From: the human T2T-CHM13v2.0 reference genome, Homo sapiens
Strand: one strand, 5' to 3'
Assembly (NCBI RefSeq): GCF_009914755.1
Contig: NC_060944.1
DNA: 64,000 nucleotides
Positions 13,800 through 30,126 of the stretch are shown here, one piece after another; the stretch's first letter is position 1, and each line of letters starts with the position of its first letter. The translations under genes were made by a program, and so were the position numbers. The notes beneath the pieces are model-generated. The model was not told the origin of the DNA. It was given only the letters and a program-made list of their open reading frames with translations, and did no database searches.

Positions 13800-14949
13800 T
13801 AAAAAACCAATTAGATATGGAATTGTGGGTGCATGCATTTCAAAATATGTCAAAATTATTTAAAAGGGAATAGTTTTTTTTCAAGGAGGTTTGTACTTTA
13901 TCTACCTTTATGGTTTTTCTAAAACTTTGAGGAATAATTTTAACATTTTTTGTGACTTTCTAGAAGGCTGTTCTTTCTGACTTTCCTGAGCTCAGTGTGC
14001 TTCAGCAGCTCCTTGCACTGGTGGATGGTGTCTTGCATGGTTAGGGATTGCCTTCTTTCGCCTCTCCTTTCTGCCCCGACAGAAAAGGATACTTTTCATT
14101 GTCCCGCCTTTTTCTTACTTGTCTTCTCATCCCCCACAAACTCAAGAGCCATGTGAGAGTGTCAGTGCTGAATGTCCTCACCCATTTAGACATACATGTT
14201 TGTGGCTTTGTTCTAGTAAATATGCTTATTTATTTTCCCCCCTGCTTAAATCTATGTTTAACTTTTCTCTAATTTTGATAAAATTAAGATGACTTCATTT
14301 TTATAAAAGAAATAAGTGATGTTAGTGATGGTTTTGGAAAAAAAAAAAAGAGTATAATGGACATTCCCTCCAAAACGAGCTTTTTATACATTTGAATAAG
14401 TCCATTGGCATTCTGGGGCTGGGAGTTGAATTGAAATCTACAATACAACCCACAGTCCCAGCAGGGACAGATGCGCTTGTCCTTACAGTTCAGGAAAGCA
14501 GGACAGGGTTGCCTCATACCACTTGCATTGCTCTCCAGTTTTGGCCCGCCCAAAGGGGAGCCCCGAGTCATCCACGGCAGGTCTGCCCACCTGAGTCCGC
14601 TGTTCATCACACCATACTGCAGTTCTCCTCTGTCTGAGTTTCATACCAAGGGCAACTCAGGCCAAGACCACCCCATGCCCTATGTCACCACATAGCCTTT
14701 TGTTTAAGTTCTGGAGAAGCATCTCCGCTGATGTTTCACTTGTAGGCAGAAAATGAAGGAGGAGGCCAGATATTTTTGACTTTTAGAGAGATCAGTGATA
14801 ATAGGCTGTCTTCTTTTCATAAGAACAATTCTTATGAAAACTTTCTCTGATTTTCTGCAACATGATGTGTTACTTCATGTTAATTTGTGTGATCAAAGAA
14901 ACATGGCAGATAGAAAATAATGGAAGATCCAAGGGTGTGTTCTGTTTGG

Positions 14950-15200
14950 CTTCTGCTGCATGGCATAGTGAAAAGAGCATGGGCTTGGGTGTTTTCGAGC
15001 TGAGTTCTTCCTTTTACTGACGTTGTGGCTGGGAGCAGGTTTTATTAACTCTGTTGAGGTTTTGATCATTTGTAAAATAGGGATAAAAATGCAGCTCACA
15101 CAGTGGTGAGTATGAAGTGTGCCTGTGTAAGTGCCTGGTGGGTCCAGTGTCTGACACTTGCTTATCAGAGTGTGTAATAGGCCAGTCACTGCATATCTAG
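14950..15200 (+). mobile_element. MIR fragment
   Basis: ggcatagtgaaaagagcatgggctt...tcatttgtaaaatagggataa. Confidence 0.55.
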
Positions 15201-15358
15201 TAAAGGGTCATTTTAGTTCCTTGTATGATGATATAAGTTTAAATTTTTTTTATATAAAATGTACATTGTGGGAAATTTTGGAAATACACAAATGAAAAAA
15301 ATTTAAAGTGACCCATAGTTCTTTTCTACTAGGCCTAACCATCATTAATGAGAAATGA

Positions 15359-15679
<321 letters not shown>

Positions 15680-15704
15680 TGCTTTTTCTTTATTTTAAAA
15701 TGTT

Positions 15705-16685
<981 letters not shown>

Positions 16686-17327
16686 GATATTTTTTTTGAC
16701 TTATGTGGTAGGCACACGTGTACAGGTGTGTGTGTGCAGAGGAGCAGACTTCAGTATTCTTTGCGATTTTTTCACTTAACATTCTGGACATTTTCTCCAT
16801 CTAACTGAGTGCTCTTCAGCATCATTTGAGTGGCAGCATGCTGTTCCGTTTAGTGGATCTGCCATAATTTTTGTGGCAGTCCCCTAGGGTCAGATGTATA
16901 GATTGCTTCCCACTTTTGGTTCTTGGTACCTGTGTTACACTAGCTGCCTCTTGCATGGTTTTGGGAAGGGTTGAGGGCATGGAGGGTGGGGGTGCCTTCT
17001 TTTTCTATATCATAACCTTGCTGCTATCCTGGTCTGTAATCCTAGAATACCCTGGAATTCCCATCTTCTGCTGCCAAAAGGAGAAGTAATCAGGAGCATA
17101 TCCTCTTAGGACATGGGATTTAGCTAGGAAGGTGCTCTCACTACAGCCTGGAGGGATGGAGATGGGTCTTGGGGTAGACACAGCCCACACACTGCCACAG
17201 TGACAGAGGAGGGATTTGGTAATGAATGTGTTCCGTTGGTAGTTGGCAGAGTGGTTCTGAAACTAGTCCCAGATAGTATGCGCTTATACTTTCTAGATAT
17301 GCCTTTAAAATAAGTTTCATTTTCTCA

Positions 17328-17632
17328 TTTTAATTTAATTTATTATTTTTGAGACAGAGTCTCTCAGTGTCCCCCAGCCTGGAGTACAGTGGCATGATCA
17401 TGGCTCACTGCAGCCTCCACCTCCTGGGCCCAAGTGATCCTCCCTCCTCAGCCTCCTGAGTAGCTGGGACCACAGGCATGTGCCTCCATGCTTAGCTAAT
17501 TTTTTAATTTTTTTGTAGAGATGACGTCTCCTTACGTTGTGCAGACTGGTCTCAAACTGCTGGGCTCAACCAGTCCCTCCACCTCAGCCTCCCAAAGTGC
17601 TGGGATTACAGGCATAAGCCACCATGCCCAGC
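17328..17632 (-). mobile_element. AluJ-like element
   Basis: Antisense dimer ending ~370 bp upstream of exon 4. Confidence 0.92.
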
Positions 17633-17999
17633 TGAAAACAAGTTTTATTTTCATAAGGAGAGCCAAGGTTACCTGGTCATCCAGACATTGTTTAGAGGAT
17701 TCCTTTTTGTTCAGTGGTGGGCCTGTCCCACAGAGTAGCAACATGGGGAGCATTGGTTGACTTTGAGGAGTCAGGCAGCAAGACTTCAGGGTTTATGAAG
17801 TGTAATATTTTGAGAAAGTGAGTGTATTTAATCTTGTCATGTTACAAATATTGAAATCTCAGCAGACTTCAGTTCTTTATTTGATATACATCAGGGCTTT
17901 CTCATTAAGAGTATTTTTCTGAAATTGTCAGTTATAGGAAGAAAGTTATTCTTCCAGCAGGTTTATAATATCTTGATTATTAAATTTAAATTGTTTTAG

Positions 18000-18080
18000 T
18001 GGAAGGAGGCAAAACCGGAAGACCTTATGGATTCAAAACTTAGATGTGTGTTTGAATTGCCAGCAGAGAATGATAAACCA
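18000..18080 (+). CDS. VAPB: VAPB exon 4 (81 nt, phase 0-0)
   Basis: gttttag|TGG AAG ... AAA CCA|gtaagt; [27 protein letters not shown]. Confidence 0.98.
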
Positions 18081-18539
18081 GTAAGTATATTTATAGTTAA
18101 CAATAATTGAATGTTGTAAGCTGATACTTATTTGCATACCATTTCCTGCAAAACCAAGATTTAAGTTGGCAAATTATTTTCCTTTATCTGATGTCTGAAG
18201 AAAAAAAATAAGCTGAAGTCAGCAAATAAGTGGGCCTTTATGAAATCAGCCTTTGAAAAACTCACGGAAAGACAACTGATTGACAGTGTTTCCCCTTGAA
18301 AAGTGCAGCCCGATGGCCATTGAGATGTCATAAATCCTGAAGAGCTTCTGTGGCCTGGCAAAGGTATAGGTTGCTGTTAAACAGTGGGTGAGAGTGAAAG
18401 AGGGAACAATTTGCCCTTTATCATGGTGGTTGATGGACGTGTGGGAAGCTTTCAAGTTCTCTTGTTTTACAAAGTGCCCTGTCAGCCTCCCTACCCCTTT
18501 TACCCTATCTACCTCTTCAATCAAAGGCTGCTTTTAGAT

Positions 18540-18752
18540 GAGGATTTCTCAGCCTCAACACTGTTGATATTTGGGGCAAATCCTTGGTGGTGGTGGAGGT
18601 TGCCCTGTGTACTGTAGGGTGTTTTATTAATAGCAGCATCCCTGGCTTCTGCCCTCTTGATACTGGTAGTACTTCCCAGTTGTGACAACTAAAAATGTCT
18701 CCAGATATTGCCACATGTGTCCTGGAGGGCAATATCAACCCCCATTGAGAGT
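18540..18752. mobile_element. MER20 hAT-Charlie MITE
   Basis: ttctcagcctcaacactgttgatatttgggg...tagcagcatccctggc...gttgtgacaactaaaaatgtctccagatattgcc. Confidence 0.85.
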
Positions 18753-19838
18753 GATCCCATTCCGGTGTTGCCTGTGGGGAGAAGGAAGGAGCCCCATCCT
18801 CTAGGCTGTCCACTGTGAGCGCTTTACCTTTCATGATCCTCACTTGTGACCAGTTGAAGAAAGGAGACTGTATCTGAAATGCTAATTTGGACTTCCCTTC
18901 AACCTAGTCGAAAACATTTTAATTTTTATAAAAACACCAAAACTGTGAAAGCATGCAGCATGTGAAACTATCCTAGCCATTAATAGCTGGAGTTGGGAAA
19001 CAGAAGTACCCTGAAATGTTGTGTTAACAGTATCTATGTTGGTCTGCGCGAGTGCTGTTGATTTGTGTCAAAACTACCTGAGATTTTATTTCTGCTGAAT
19101 CATTTACCACTATCATTACCCTGTTTCTTTAAGTGGATAGTGGTCATTTTTTCCCTCTTCCCAGTGTACATCCTGTCACAGGAAGGTCAGTTTGGAAGCT
19201 GTGAAAGCAGTATTCTGGCCTCAGCTCTGTGATAGGTTGACTTGGTAGCCTGGGGCCTTGCTTCACAGGGCCTACTCTTCTCATCTGGAAAATGATGGGT
19301 AGAGCTAGATTCCAGGCCAATGATCGTCAGTTACTCTTTCCCTGACAAGCTGCGTGCTTCCATGCCCTCCCTCCACTGACTGGCTCTCATCCCCTGTAAA
19401 TCTCAAGAGGGGATCATAGCTGAATCTTGGCAGGGGAAATAAGGGGAGTATGTAACTTCCCAAGATTGAAACATTGCAGACACTGAGTTTGTTTCACCTT
19501 CATCCCAGCTTCCAAATGCTAAGTTGGTAAAGTAATTCGCCCTCTGTCTAATGCTCTCCCAAGCCTCCTAACCCCACTAAGGCAATCCTAGGGATGTTCA
19601 CATCTTTGTGGTGACAGTAATTTGTGGCTAATAATTCCTGAGCTTGCACAATTACAGTATGCTGATTTTTCCGTGGCAGGAATTTGATAGTGCAATATAC
19701 ACAGCCCTTTTTCTCTTTCTTTGAAGTATTAGTCTCAGCCGAACTTCATTATTTGCCCTTATCCATAATTTCTAGGACCCTGTTGCTTTAGATTATTAAG
19801 ATATCAGATAAAGTAATCCATTTTTAAAATAAATGTGA

Positions 19839-20186
<348 letters not shown>

Positions 20187-20414
20187 TAGCTTCTTGGGTG
20201 GGGAAGTTGATGAGCCAGTGAATATATAGATTTCTTTTTGCTTTTGGTATTTGGCTATTTTTTTCTCCCCAGGGAGAAATTTCCATGGCTTTCATGAGAG
20301 TCTCAAAAGGGTCCTTGGATCTGCCTAAATTAAGAACCACTGTCCCTTGATCAGAAATTTCTCAACTGTTGAAGCTCTTGTCCCCTTAAAAAAAAAAACA
20401 AAAACAAAAAACTT

Positions 20415-20779
<365 letters not shown>

Positions 20780-22453
20780 TTATTTTGAATATGCATTTTT
20801 AAACCACTTGGGTGAGAATCTTTTTTCAGAGAGTGAATACTGACCTATACTCTGTTTTAATGCAAGTATAGTTCTGATTTTAGAAGACTCTAAATAGGTC
20901 TGGGCAGTTGTGGCTCATCAAACTATTGATGTGGTGATGAGCTTGGAGGTGGGGTGCCTCACAGTGGGTAGGAGGTGGAGATTATGGAAGGAAAATCTGA
21001 GCTTCTAGCTTCTGGATGAGGCAGTTGGCATTGGCAATGGAAGGTTGTATTGTACTGAGTGATGAAGTGGGGAGGCAGGGGGTGCTTCTTTTGGCTTGTG
21101 GTGGTGTGGAAGTTGCTCCCATCCAATATGAAACAGCTCTGAATCTGTGCTGGTCACAGCATCTCTTAGGCCTCTGTTTGCTAAACACCTCTAAGGCCCC
21201 TTCCAGCTTTAAAAGTATGAGTTTTCTTCTCTTTTACTCTGACAGTGAGGTAGATATAGGAGAACTGACAGCATTTGGGAAATGGCATCATCTTCTTCCT
21301 TTGCAGTGATTTTGATTTGCCTCAGTCAGTAATTTCTTTAGTGTGTAGTAAATTGTGAAGCTGACACTACTTTTTGGCTAAAAATCTAAGCTATGCCTGA
21401 AGCTTCTCGAGTGTATTTCTCTTCTGAAACAGAGTTCTGTGCTATTTAAAGTGGTAAATAGGTAGAAATAGCTTCTATATAACCTAATAAAATAAATGGT
21501 TTAGTTTGCCGGGTTTTTTTTTAAGCCAGTCGGACACCACCAGTTGTTTATCACTGTGCAGTGATACGGGCCATGCCCCATGAGCAGAATATCCTTAAAA
21601 TATGATCAGACCAATCTCAACATTAGAAGATTCTTTATCCTGCCAAACACTGCCTTCTTGTTTTGTGTTGGTTTATTCTGTCATCTGGCCAACAAATTTA
21701 CTGAGGGTCTAATATGTGCCCGGCACTGTGGATTCAAACACGAACAGCCCCTGCCCTTGAGGAGCTCTCTGTTGTTGGGATAGCAGGGAGAGACATAGAC
21801 AGAAGTGATTACAAGCCAGTGTGATCAATGTCCCACAGAGATAGCAACAAATTGCAGGGAGAGTCAGCTCCATGGGACTCATCTGCCTGTGGTCCCCAGG
21901 ACCTACTAGGTACTCGGGCGGATGGGAGCGAATGGAAGGAAACGAAGAAAAGAAAGTACAGCTGGTGTGTGGGGTTTAAGGATGAGGAGATGAGGTAATT
22001 AGCAAGAGATCTATCAGCAAAGATGAGTCTGTGCCAGAATAGAATGGCTTGATGCATGTCCCTCTTCAGGGATGTGGGCTTGGCTTTGAGAGCATGGAAA
22101 TGGCATCATAGATCTACATAGTAACTTGCAGATTCTTAGGAAAGTGCAAGGCAGTTGTGGCAGTGGAGGTGAAGGAAGAAAAAATTTTTCATTTCTTACA
22201 TTTCCATGTAGTTTGGGGACAAGGGGAGGGTGGGGAATATGGTCAAATATCTTTATATGTATGAAAAAGAATGTTGCTTCTTCAATGAGAAATCTGTGCA
22301 TTAAGTAGAAAATATTTGAGATGAGTGTATGAAGGCCAGTCACATTTTAATATTCCAAATATCATTTGATCCAGCAGTCTGGATGTAACTCATTAAGTAC
22401 CAGCTATCTACAGAGCTCTGCATTTGAAAGCTTCCAGATGTCCCACTTTTAGG

Positions 22454-22642
22454 TTTTTTTTTTTTTTTTTTTTTTTAATATGGAGTCTCACTCTGTCACC
22501 CCAGGCTAATTTTTGTAATTTTAGTAGAGACGAGGTTTTACCATGTTGACCAAGGGGTAGTCTTGAACTCCTGAGCTCAGGTGATCCACCCGCCTCAGCC
22601 TCCCAAAGTACAGGGATTACAAGCATGAGCCACCGTGCCCAG
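22454..22642 (-). mobile_element. Alu with ~100-bp internal deletion
   Basis: ctctgtcaccccaggct joined directly to aatttttgta. Confidence 0.88.
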
Positions 22643-23133
22643 TTGACTTTGTAGATTCTTTTATTTATATATTTATGTCTTGGGAAATGCCTGTGATTTT
22701 AAAAATCGATGATTTGATCAAGGAAGGCTATTCATTAGAGGCAGGAAGGACAGAGAGGTTGGGGCTGAAGAGAAGCATCCGGAAGACATGGCCATAAAGG
22801 TGGGTGGGGCCGAGGGTGCAAAGGGCCCAGTTGACCCTTTTAAGTGCTTTTTTCTGTAAATCACGGGAAACCAAGGAGCACCCTGTTTAGATGTCTGTTG
22901 TAACTAGCAGCAGCAAGTGGAATGGATGAAAGAAAAGAGGGGACTGTTTTCTCAGTGGCTTCAGGCTAGCCCTTTCCCCTCTGTAGCCTGCAGTTTCTCC
23001 GTTTGCAAAATGCGGTTGGACCATATCATGTCATCCAACACTGGGCATAAACAGCCCATCCCGTTAAGCTGTACAGTTGACTCCCCTTTCTGGTGCCTTG
23101 GCTTGTCTTTGAAATGTGCGTTTGCTCCCGTAG

Positions 23134-23292
<159 letters not shown>

Positions 23293-24587
23293 AGGTAGCA
23301 TGCACAGGATGGTAAATTGGATTGGTGGATCCACCATATCATGGGATTTAAATTTATCATAACCATGTGTAAAAAGAAATTAATGTATGATGACATCTCA
23401 CAGGTCTTGCCTTTAAATTACCCCTCCCTGCACACACATACACAGATACACACACACAAATATAATGTAACGATCTTTTAGAAAGTTAAAAATGTATAGT
23501 AACTGATTGAGGGGGAAAAGAATGATCTTTATTAATGACAAGGGAAACCATGAGTAATGCCACAATGGCATATTGTAAATGTCATTTTAAACATTGGTAG
23601 GCCTTGGTACATGATGCTGGATTACCTCTCTTAAAATGACACCCTTCCTCGCCTGTTGGTGCTGGCCCTTGGGGAGCTGGAGCCCAGCATGCTGGGGAGT
23701 GCGGTCAGCTCCACACAGTAGTCCCCACGTGGCCCACTCCCGGCCCAGGCTGCTTTCCGTGTCTTCAGTTCTGTCCAAGCCATCAGCTCCTTGGGACTGA
23801 TGAACAGAGTCAGAAGCCCAAAGGAATTGCACTGTGGCAGCATCAGACGTACTCGTCATAAGTGAGAGGCGTGTGTTGACTGATTGACCCAGCGCTTTGG
23901 AAATAAATGGCAGTGCTTTGTTCACTTAAAGGGACCAAGCTAAATTTGTATTGGTTCATGTAGTGAAGTCAAACTGTTATTCAGAGATGTTTAATGCATA
24001 TTTAACTTATTTAATGTATTTCATCTCATGTTTTCTTATTGTCACAAGAGTACAGTTAATGCTGCGTGCTGCTGAACTCTGTTGGGTGAACTGGTATTGC
24101 TGCTGGAGGGCTGTGGGCTCCTCTGTCTCTGGAGAGTCTGGTCATGTGGAGGTGGGGTTTATTGGGATGCTGGAGAAGAGCTGCCAGGAAGTGTTTTTTC
24201 TGGGTCAGTAAATAACAACTGTCATAGGGAGGGAAATTCTCAGTAGTGACAGTCAACTCTAGGTTACCTTTTTTAATGAAGAGTAGTCAGTCTTCTAGAT
24301 TGTTCTTATACCACCTCTCAACCATTACTCACACTTCCAGCGCCCAGGTCCAAGTCTGAGCCTGACCTCCCCTTGGGGACCTAGCCTGGAGTCAGGACAA
24401 ATGGATCGGGCTGCAGAGGGTTAGAAGCGAGGGCACCAGCAGTTGTGGGTGGGGAGCAAGGGAAGAGAGAAACTCTTCAGCGAATCCTTCTAGTACTAGT
24501 TGAGAGTTTGACTGTGAATTAATTTTATGCCATAAAAGACCAACCCAGTTCTGTTTCACTATGTAGCATCTTGAAAAGAAAAATTAT

Positions 24588-24593
24588 AATAAA
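24588..24593 (+). terminator. Candidate proximal VAPB poly(A) signal
   Basis: AATAAA followed ~20-40 nt later by U/GU-rich ttcttttgtcattttgtc. Confidence 0.6.
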
Positions 24594-24737
24594 GCCCCAA
24601 AATTAAGAATTCTTTTGTCATTTTGTCACATTTGCTCTATGGGGGGAATTATTATTTTATCATTTTTATTATTTTGCCATTGGAAGGTTAACTTTAAAAT
24701 GAGCCCTATCACTGAGAAATACGTGTTTCATGATTTA

Positions 24738-24741
<4 letters not shown>

Positions 24742-24778
<37 letters not shown>
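24742..24778. repeat. (TG)n microsatellite in the VAPB 3' UTR, followed by a T run
   Basis: About 18 TG units. Confidence 0.95.
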
Positions 24779-24780
<2 letters not shown>

Positions 24781-25504
24781 TTTTTTTTTGGTTGTCTTCA
24801 GCTGACAGTATGAAAAATGAAACTGCTGAAAAAGCTGAGCACCTGGTCACCCTTGGCCTTCCATTGCTTTGGCCTTCAGTAAAAAGCAGCCTCCCTTCTA
24901 GGTCAGGGAACCATGCCATTGAGACTAGTAACGGGCGTTCTGGGCACAGTCCCACTGTGCACAGGTTTGAGAGGACAAGTTCATCAGAAGGAAGGCAGTC
25001 CTTAGAAGTCACATACGTTGAGCCACGTTGCTCCTAAGCCTGGCTCTGTCAAGCTGGGTCAGGGGCCTTGAAACTGGAGAAGTGGAAGTCTATGGTTGGT
25101 CTGAGTAAGTAACTTCCTGTCTTCATGAAAAAAGTTGACTTTGAATCCCAGGTACTCACAGAAATGGTGAACAGACTTAGTTGTTACCCAGGCACCCATG
25201 GATTGTGTTGAGTGTGCAGACAGGGAGGCCACCCCAATAGGAATTCGTCTCCAGGATTTTTCCCATGTGTCCCCCAGTACTTATAAAAGGGAGTGAAAAG
25301 ACCGAGCTGTAAGGCATGTGCCTTCTGCCACCTGACTTTCCGTGAGGGGACTAAAATTTACTAATTGTAGTTGCTGCAGCCAGTTAAGTCCTGTAGCTTC
25401 CAGGCCCTCATGTCTTTGATAGGAGAGTGCTTAGGTGGTCCCCAACAGTGCCTAGGGGTACAGTACAGTCCCATTACACTAGAGCAGGGCTCTATTTATT
25501 TTTA

Positions 25505-25582
25505 AAGGATATGGCCGTGTGTTTTGATAAAACTTTATTCACAAAAACAGCCGGGTCATGGGATTTGGCTTGTGAGTCTGTA
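25505..25582. mobile_element. MER58A-like fragment in the 3' UTR
   Basis: gtgtgttttgataaaactttattcacaaaaacagccggg...gatttggc. Confidence 0.5.
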
Positions 25583-28500
25583 ACAGTTCTTAAAAAGAAT
25601 ATCTGAGAAACTACTCTGTTTTAGACCTTTGAAGGTGATTTAGAGTTTTGTGTACATCTAGGAGAAGGTGTTCAGCTTCTCAGAGGATGTGGACATTTTG
25701 GTTGCAGCTAAAAATCAGTCTCTGAAGTCTCTCTCCCTTCTAGAGGTTAGGACTTGGTGAACATGTTTGTGGGCCTTTTGACTGAGTGGCAGAAGGAAAC
25801 TGCTCAGGAAGAGAAACAGGTGACTGATGGGAAGGTTGATTATTTTCTCAGTCATCCTGGCAGCCAAAAATGTGCCAGGAAAAGAAAGAATGTGGAGCAC
25901 GCGTGGCTCCTGGAGGACTTGGAGATGCATGCACATTTAGGGTGTTTTCCCTAGAATTACATAATGAAAAAAAGAATAAGGCAAAGAGGAGGTGAATATG
26001 GGGCCTGTCACAACGGCCTGCCCTGCCCCAAGAGGGTTAAGAGTCAGATAATCGGGACGAAACTGGCATGGAAAGAGCGAGCCTAGGGAGGATGCCGCTG
26101 GGCAGTGTGCGTGGGGGAGCTGCTGCCAGGCTGCCCTCCAGTCTGCTCCTGTGGTTACTGGCTCCACAGCACCTCAGAGAGGGCGGCCCTGGCTTCAGAA
26201 ATGCCAGCCATAGTGCTCACAAATGCAGAAGAGATGGAAGCGGTGACAGAATCCTGAAAGTTTTTATTGATTGAAGTTTTAAATTGGTAACTTAAGCTTC
26301 CTTGGCACGATACAAAATACCTCTTAAAGACAGCAGGCTTTTTTATTTGTAGGTGTGAGGAACTGGCTTTAACTTTTTTCTCCTCCTAGTTTGCATGTTT
26401 TCCTTCTCTCGTCTTCTGAACTGCTGGCACCAGCAGTAATACATACTGATAAAATCAAAATTGATTTTTACCAGTGGCCAGTTTATGGCTAGAGAGACGA
26501 CTTATACCTCCATAACACAGAAGGGGGAAAAATGAAGAACCTCCAGTGATCCGTGAAAACCTAAACGCTTTCAAACAAATCCCAGGAACAGAATTGCTAT
26601 CGAAAGATATCATTGCCCAGTTTGCAGGCTATGTTGAGTCAGATAGAACTGAATGTAGTGAGAGCTCAGAGCTACAGAGCCTTTCAGATGAATTTGAAAA
26701 CAGACTCTGTGTGTGTGTGCATGTGTGCATGTGTGGCATATGTGCCGTATGTCAGTAGCTTGACAGTTTTCAAATCGTGCCTATATTTTTTTGCATACAC
26801 AAATTTTTGTGTTTGCAAACTCAGAATCCATGCCAAAATACAATGTTATATGTCATTTTCAGCTCCTTCTCTAAAGGAATGGCCCATTTCTCATTGTAGT
26901 TTGAGAAATACATGTATGAAGAGATAGGGGTCTTGGGCTTCCCAGTGTCACTTTGAACACCTGAATAACATTTAACTCCTGAGACCTTCTCGGTGTAGAG
27001 GCCACTGCTTCCCCCTGCTGGAGATGGCATTTCATTGAAGGGCCTCTCGTGGCTTTCCCTGCCCCCGGCTGTCTGGCCTGAAGAAGGAGAAAGAACCAAA
27101 CTGAACTATGAAAAGTTACCACTCTGAGGAGACCTCTCTTAATTAACACTTGGGGCCATGTTTGCTGTTGTTGAGAAGGAGTGTTCTCAAAGATGAGCTG
27201 GAATGGAATTGTATTTAGAAAGGCCCCTGCAAAGTATATAGATGGATGACTCTAGTTCATGACATACAAATCCCATAAGGCCAACGACCACTCTTCTGGA
27301 ACACCAAGAGCAGCTCTGAGATCATGCTGGCCCTACGCGAATTGAGTTTCTGTGGCCTAATTGGATTTGGAGAACGCCTTCCCTGGCCCCTTTTCCTCAG
27401 ACAGATCTGCTCTGATAGGAACCTTTTCAAGAAAGTTACTGTTGTTTCAATGCCACTCCTTACCTGTATAGAACATTTCCAATACATTCGCTCATTGAAC
27501 TTAATCCTTGCAACTGTGACTGGGGGGTAGATGGCTCTGTTTGCATACGAAGAAATAAAGGCTCCAGGAGGTTAAATCGGGCAACTTTTTAGAACTAAAT
27601 CAGTCTCTGTAAGGCCTACATTGCTAAGATACCATTTCAGCTCTGAAAATCTGCTTCAGGGAAGTGAGTGGATGAGGCCTTCCTGCCTCAGCTACTCTGC
27701 CCGTCTGTACATCTTTTGTGTCTGCCTCCGTACCTTATTCAGTTATTTTCACACTAAAGTAAGTAGAATTAAGACTGTAGTTCAGATGCTTTTTCTTTTT
27801 CTGCTGGAAACTGAACACACTACAGACAGTGAAAAAAGGTACATATTCCATTTTCTCATTGCCTGAAGATCTCTGCTGATGCTCCTGGAGAATGACTTTG
27901 GGGGCTTTAGAAAGAATATTGCCAGTCCGTCTCGGCAAGGAGATGATGGGAGCGCTTTATATGGAGGCTTTACATGACTTGTAAATTAAATGTGAATGAG
28001 GGCAGTTGATTAAAATTGGTATTACAGAAGGGCCCTGCTGAGGTTTGAAAACAGCTGAGCTGCTGATGTCTCAGGCCTTTCCCTGAATTAGCACTGCGGT
28101 TCTCCAGGATATCAGCAAAGAGGGCAAGTAATAGAAGCCCCTGATAAGGAGCGTCAGCCGACAGGCAAGCTTGGGAGGCTGTGGGAATGGGTCTGCCCCC
28201 AGCTTCACAGACCTCTTCCTCCAGCCTCTGAATCCCATTAGCCACAGCCTAGAACATTAGCTGAGCTGCACAAGCTCACCCACCCCTGTGCCAGGGGGCC
28301 CTGACCTCCCTCCATGCCATGTTTTTGGCTGTATCTACGGCACTTAACAATAGGGGCTTTTTATTTTCATTACAGAGATATTTTGAAAAATTTAAAAGAC
28401 ATGAACTCACATAAACAGTTATGGATGATAGTTAAAAGAGAAACGGGTGGAGGTGGATGAGAGGTTGTCTTCATGAATATAATTACTTGAGATTTTTTTT

Positions 28501-30120
28501 TCTTAATGGAATTAGTTTATTAGAAAATGTCTGCGTTAAATCCGTAGAAAAGGAAGAAAAGTGTAGCAACAAAAATGTAGCCATTATCTAACTTGCCATA
28601 AATATTTGCAGTTATGATACCTTGGAATGTTGCCACGATATGGATTGCTTTGATTAAAAGATGTCAGTTGAATAAAACAGTACTGTGGGAGAATCGCTTT
28701 CTGCTGCTAGATAAATGCTGATGTTTATTTTTAAACCAGGAAACATTGATCCTGTAACAATGCCCGATTACAATTGCTTTATTACACCCCAGGGCTGATG
28801 GAGATGTAATCACTTGGCTAATGGATGTGGGTGCAGGACAGATGCTCGCTTGCTGGCCTGCTTTCCTGCTTGCATTCTGATGAGCTGCAGGAGTGCGCCT
28901 GGCCTTCTGCAGGTGGAGCTGCTGTCAGAGCTTCGTTTCACTGATACCCAAAGCCATGTCTGACTGAAATAAAACAGGTTCCCTTTTTTTTTCCCTTTGG
29001 AAAATGCCAACTAAGGGAGACTAATCAGATATCTTAACACAATTTCATCCAGGCTTAGTGCTAACAAGATTGCGGGGCTTTTTAGGGTTTAAGAAGATGA
29101 GAAATGAGTGTGCACGTTTCACACGTTGACTTGCCGGTTTTTCCATGTCATACAAAAAAGTCCTGGCTGTTTCTCCGAACTGGCTGCCTGCATTCCCGTC
29201 TTTCTTTTGTTTTTAAGAAATAGACTGAATTCAGCTGTTAATCCTCTAGTACAGTATCCATGTTAAAATGTTTTTCCATTGCATCTTTTATGTGAATTCA
29301 AAGGTCAGAATTTATTGTCTGTGATATTGAGACCATGTGTACAAGAACTACTTTTTGCTTTTCATCATTCACTCCTTAGCAAACGTTTCGTAAGTACCCT
29401 CTGTCTGTTTGCTACTATATGAGGTGCTGCGAAATTAGTGGGCGTGGCTTTTTATATTTTTCATTCGTGTGTAGCCTAAGTAAGGTGACTCAAGATGATA
29501 CACCGAGAGAAAAATGCAAAATATATTTGGTTCTCATTTCTGTTGCTGTCGTTTCCTTTTTAAAGACGATTTATCAACTGCTGCCATTTGGAACTTCCTA
29601 TAAGAAACTAAAAATGATCTATTTCAGTGTTCCTTTCGCCTTTCCTCTGCTTTCTGAATAAATGGTTTCAGTAACCCATGCTGTTCTCTCCCTATTCTAC
29701 GTCTTTCTCCCTATGTTGAAAAAAGATTCCCACAGTTTCTGATGTGTGTGTTTATAGTCTTCAATGTATGTTAACATGTTAGGAACTGAGTATCTTAAGA
29801 GATGTCTTAGAATGCTTTAGTTTTCATAATTTGTCCTTTATGTATTTTTCATTGTATTTGCTGTTTTGACATGGAAGTAATTTAAAAAGTTGGTGCAGGA
29901 AAGGACTCTTTACTGTTGCACATTTTGGTTTTCTGATATGTAATAAATTCATGGCTTGGCAGCTGACATGATGTTTCCCAGAGAGAAGGAGATGTATTTC
30001 TGCAGGGTCCAGACCAAAAGAGCCATTTACAGCATGTTCTCCCATGTTCCATTATCAGCCTGATGAAACCTGCCCTGCCAAGGCATAAACTTTTGTACTA
30101 GCTGTCTCCATATTATGTTC

Positions 30121-30126
30121 AATAAA
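30121..30126 (+). terminator. Candidate distal VAPB poly(A) signal
   Basis: AATAAA with an upstream UGUA (ttttgtac, ~30095), at the end of the repeat-poor region. Confidence 0.65.

Noticed and set aside
23587-23925. 112-aa antisense ORF in the VAPB 3' UTR
   Set aside because: Near-cognate start, no recognisable domain, length within chance
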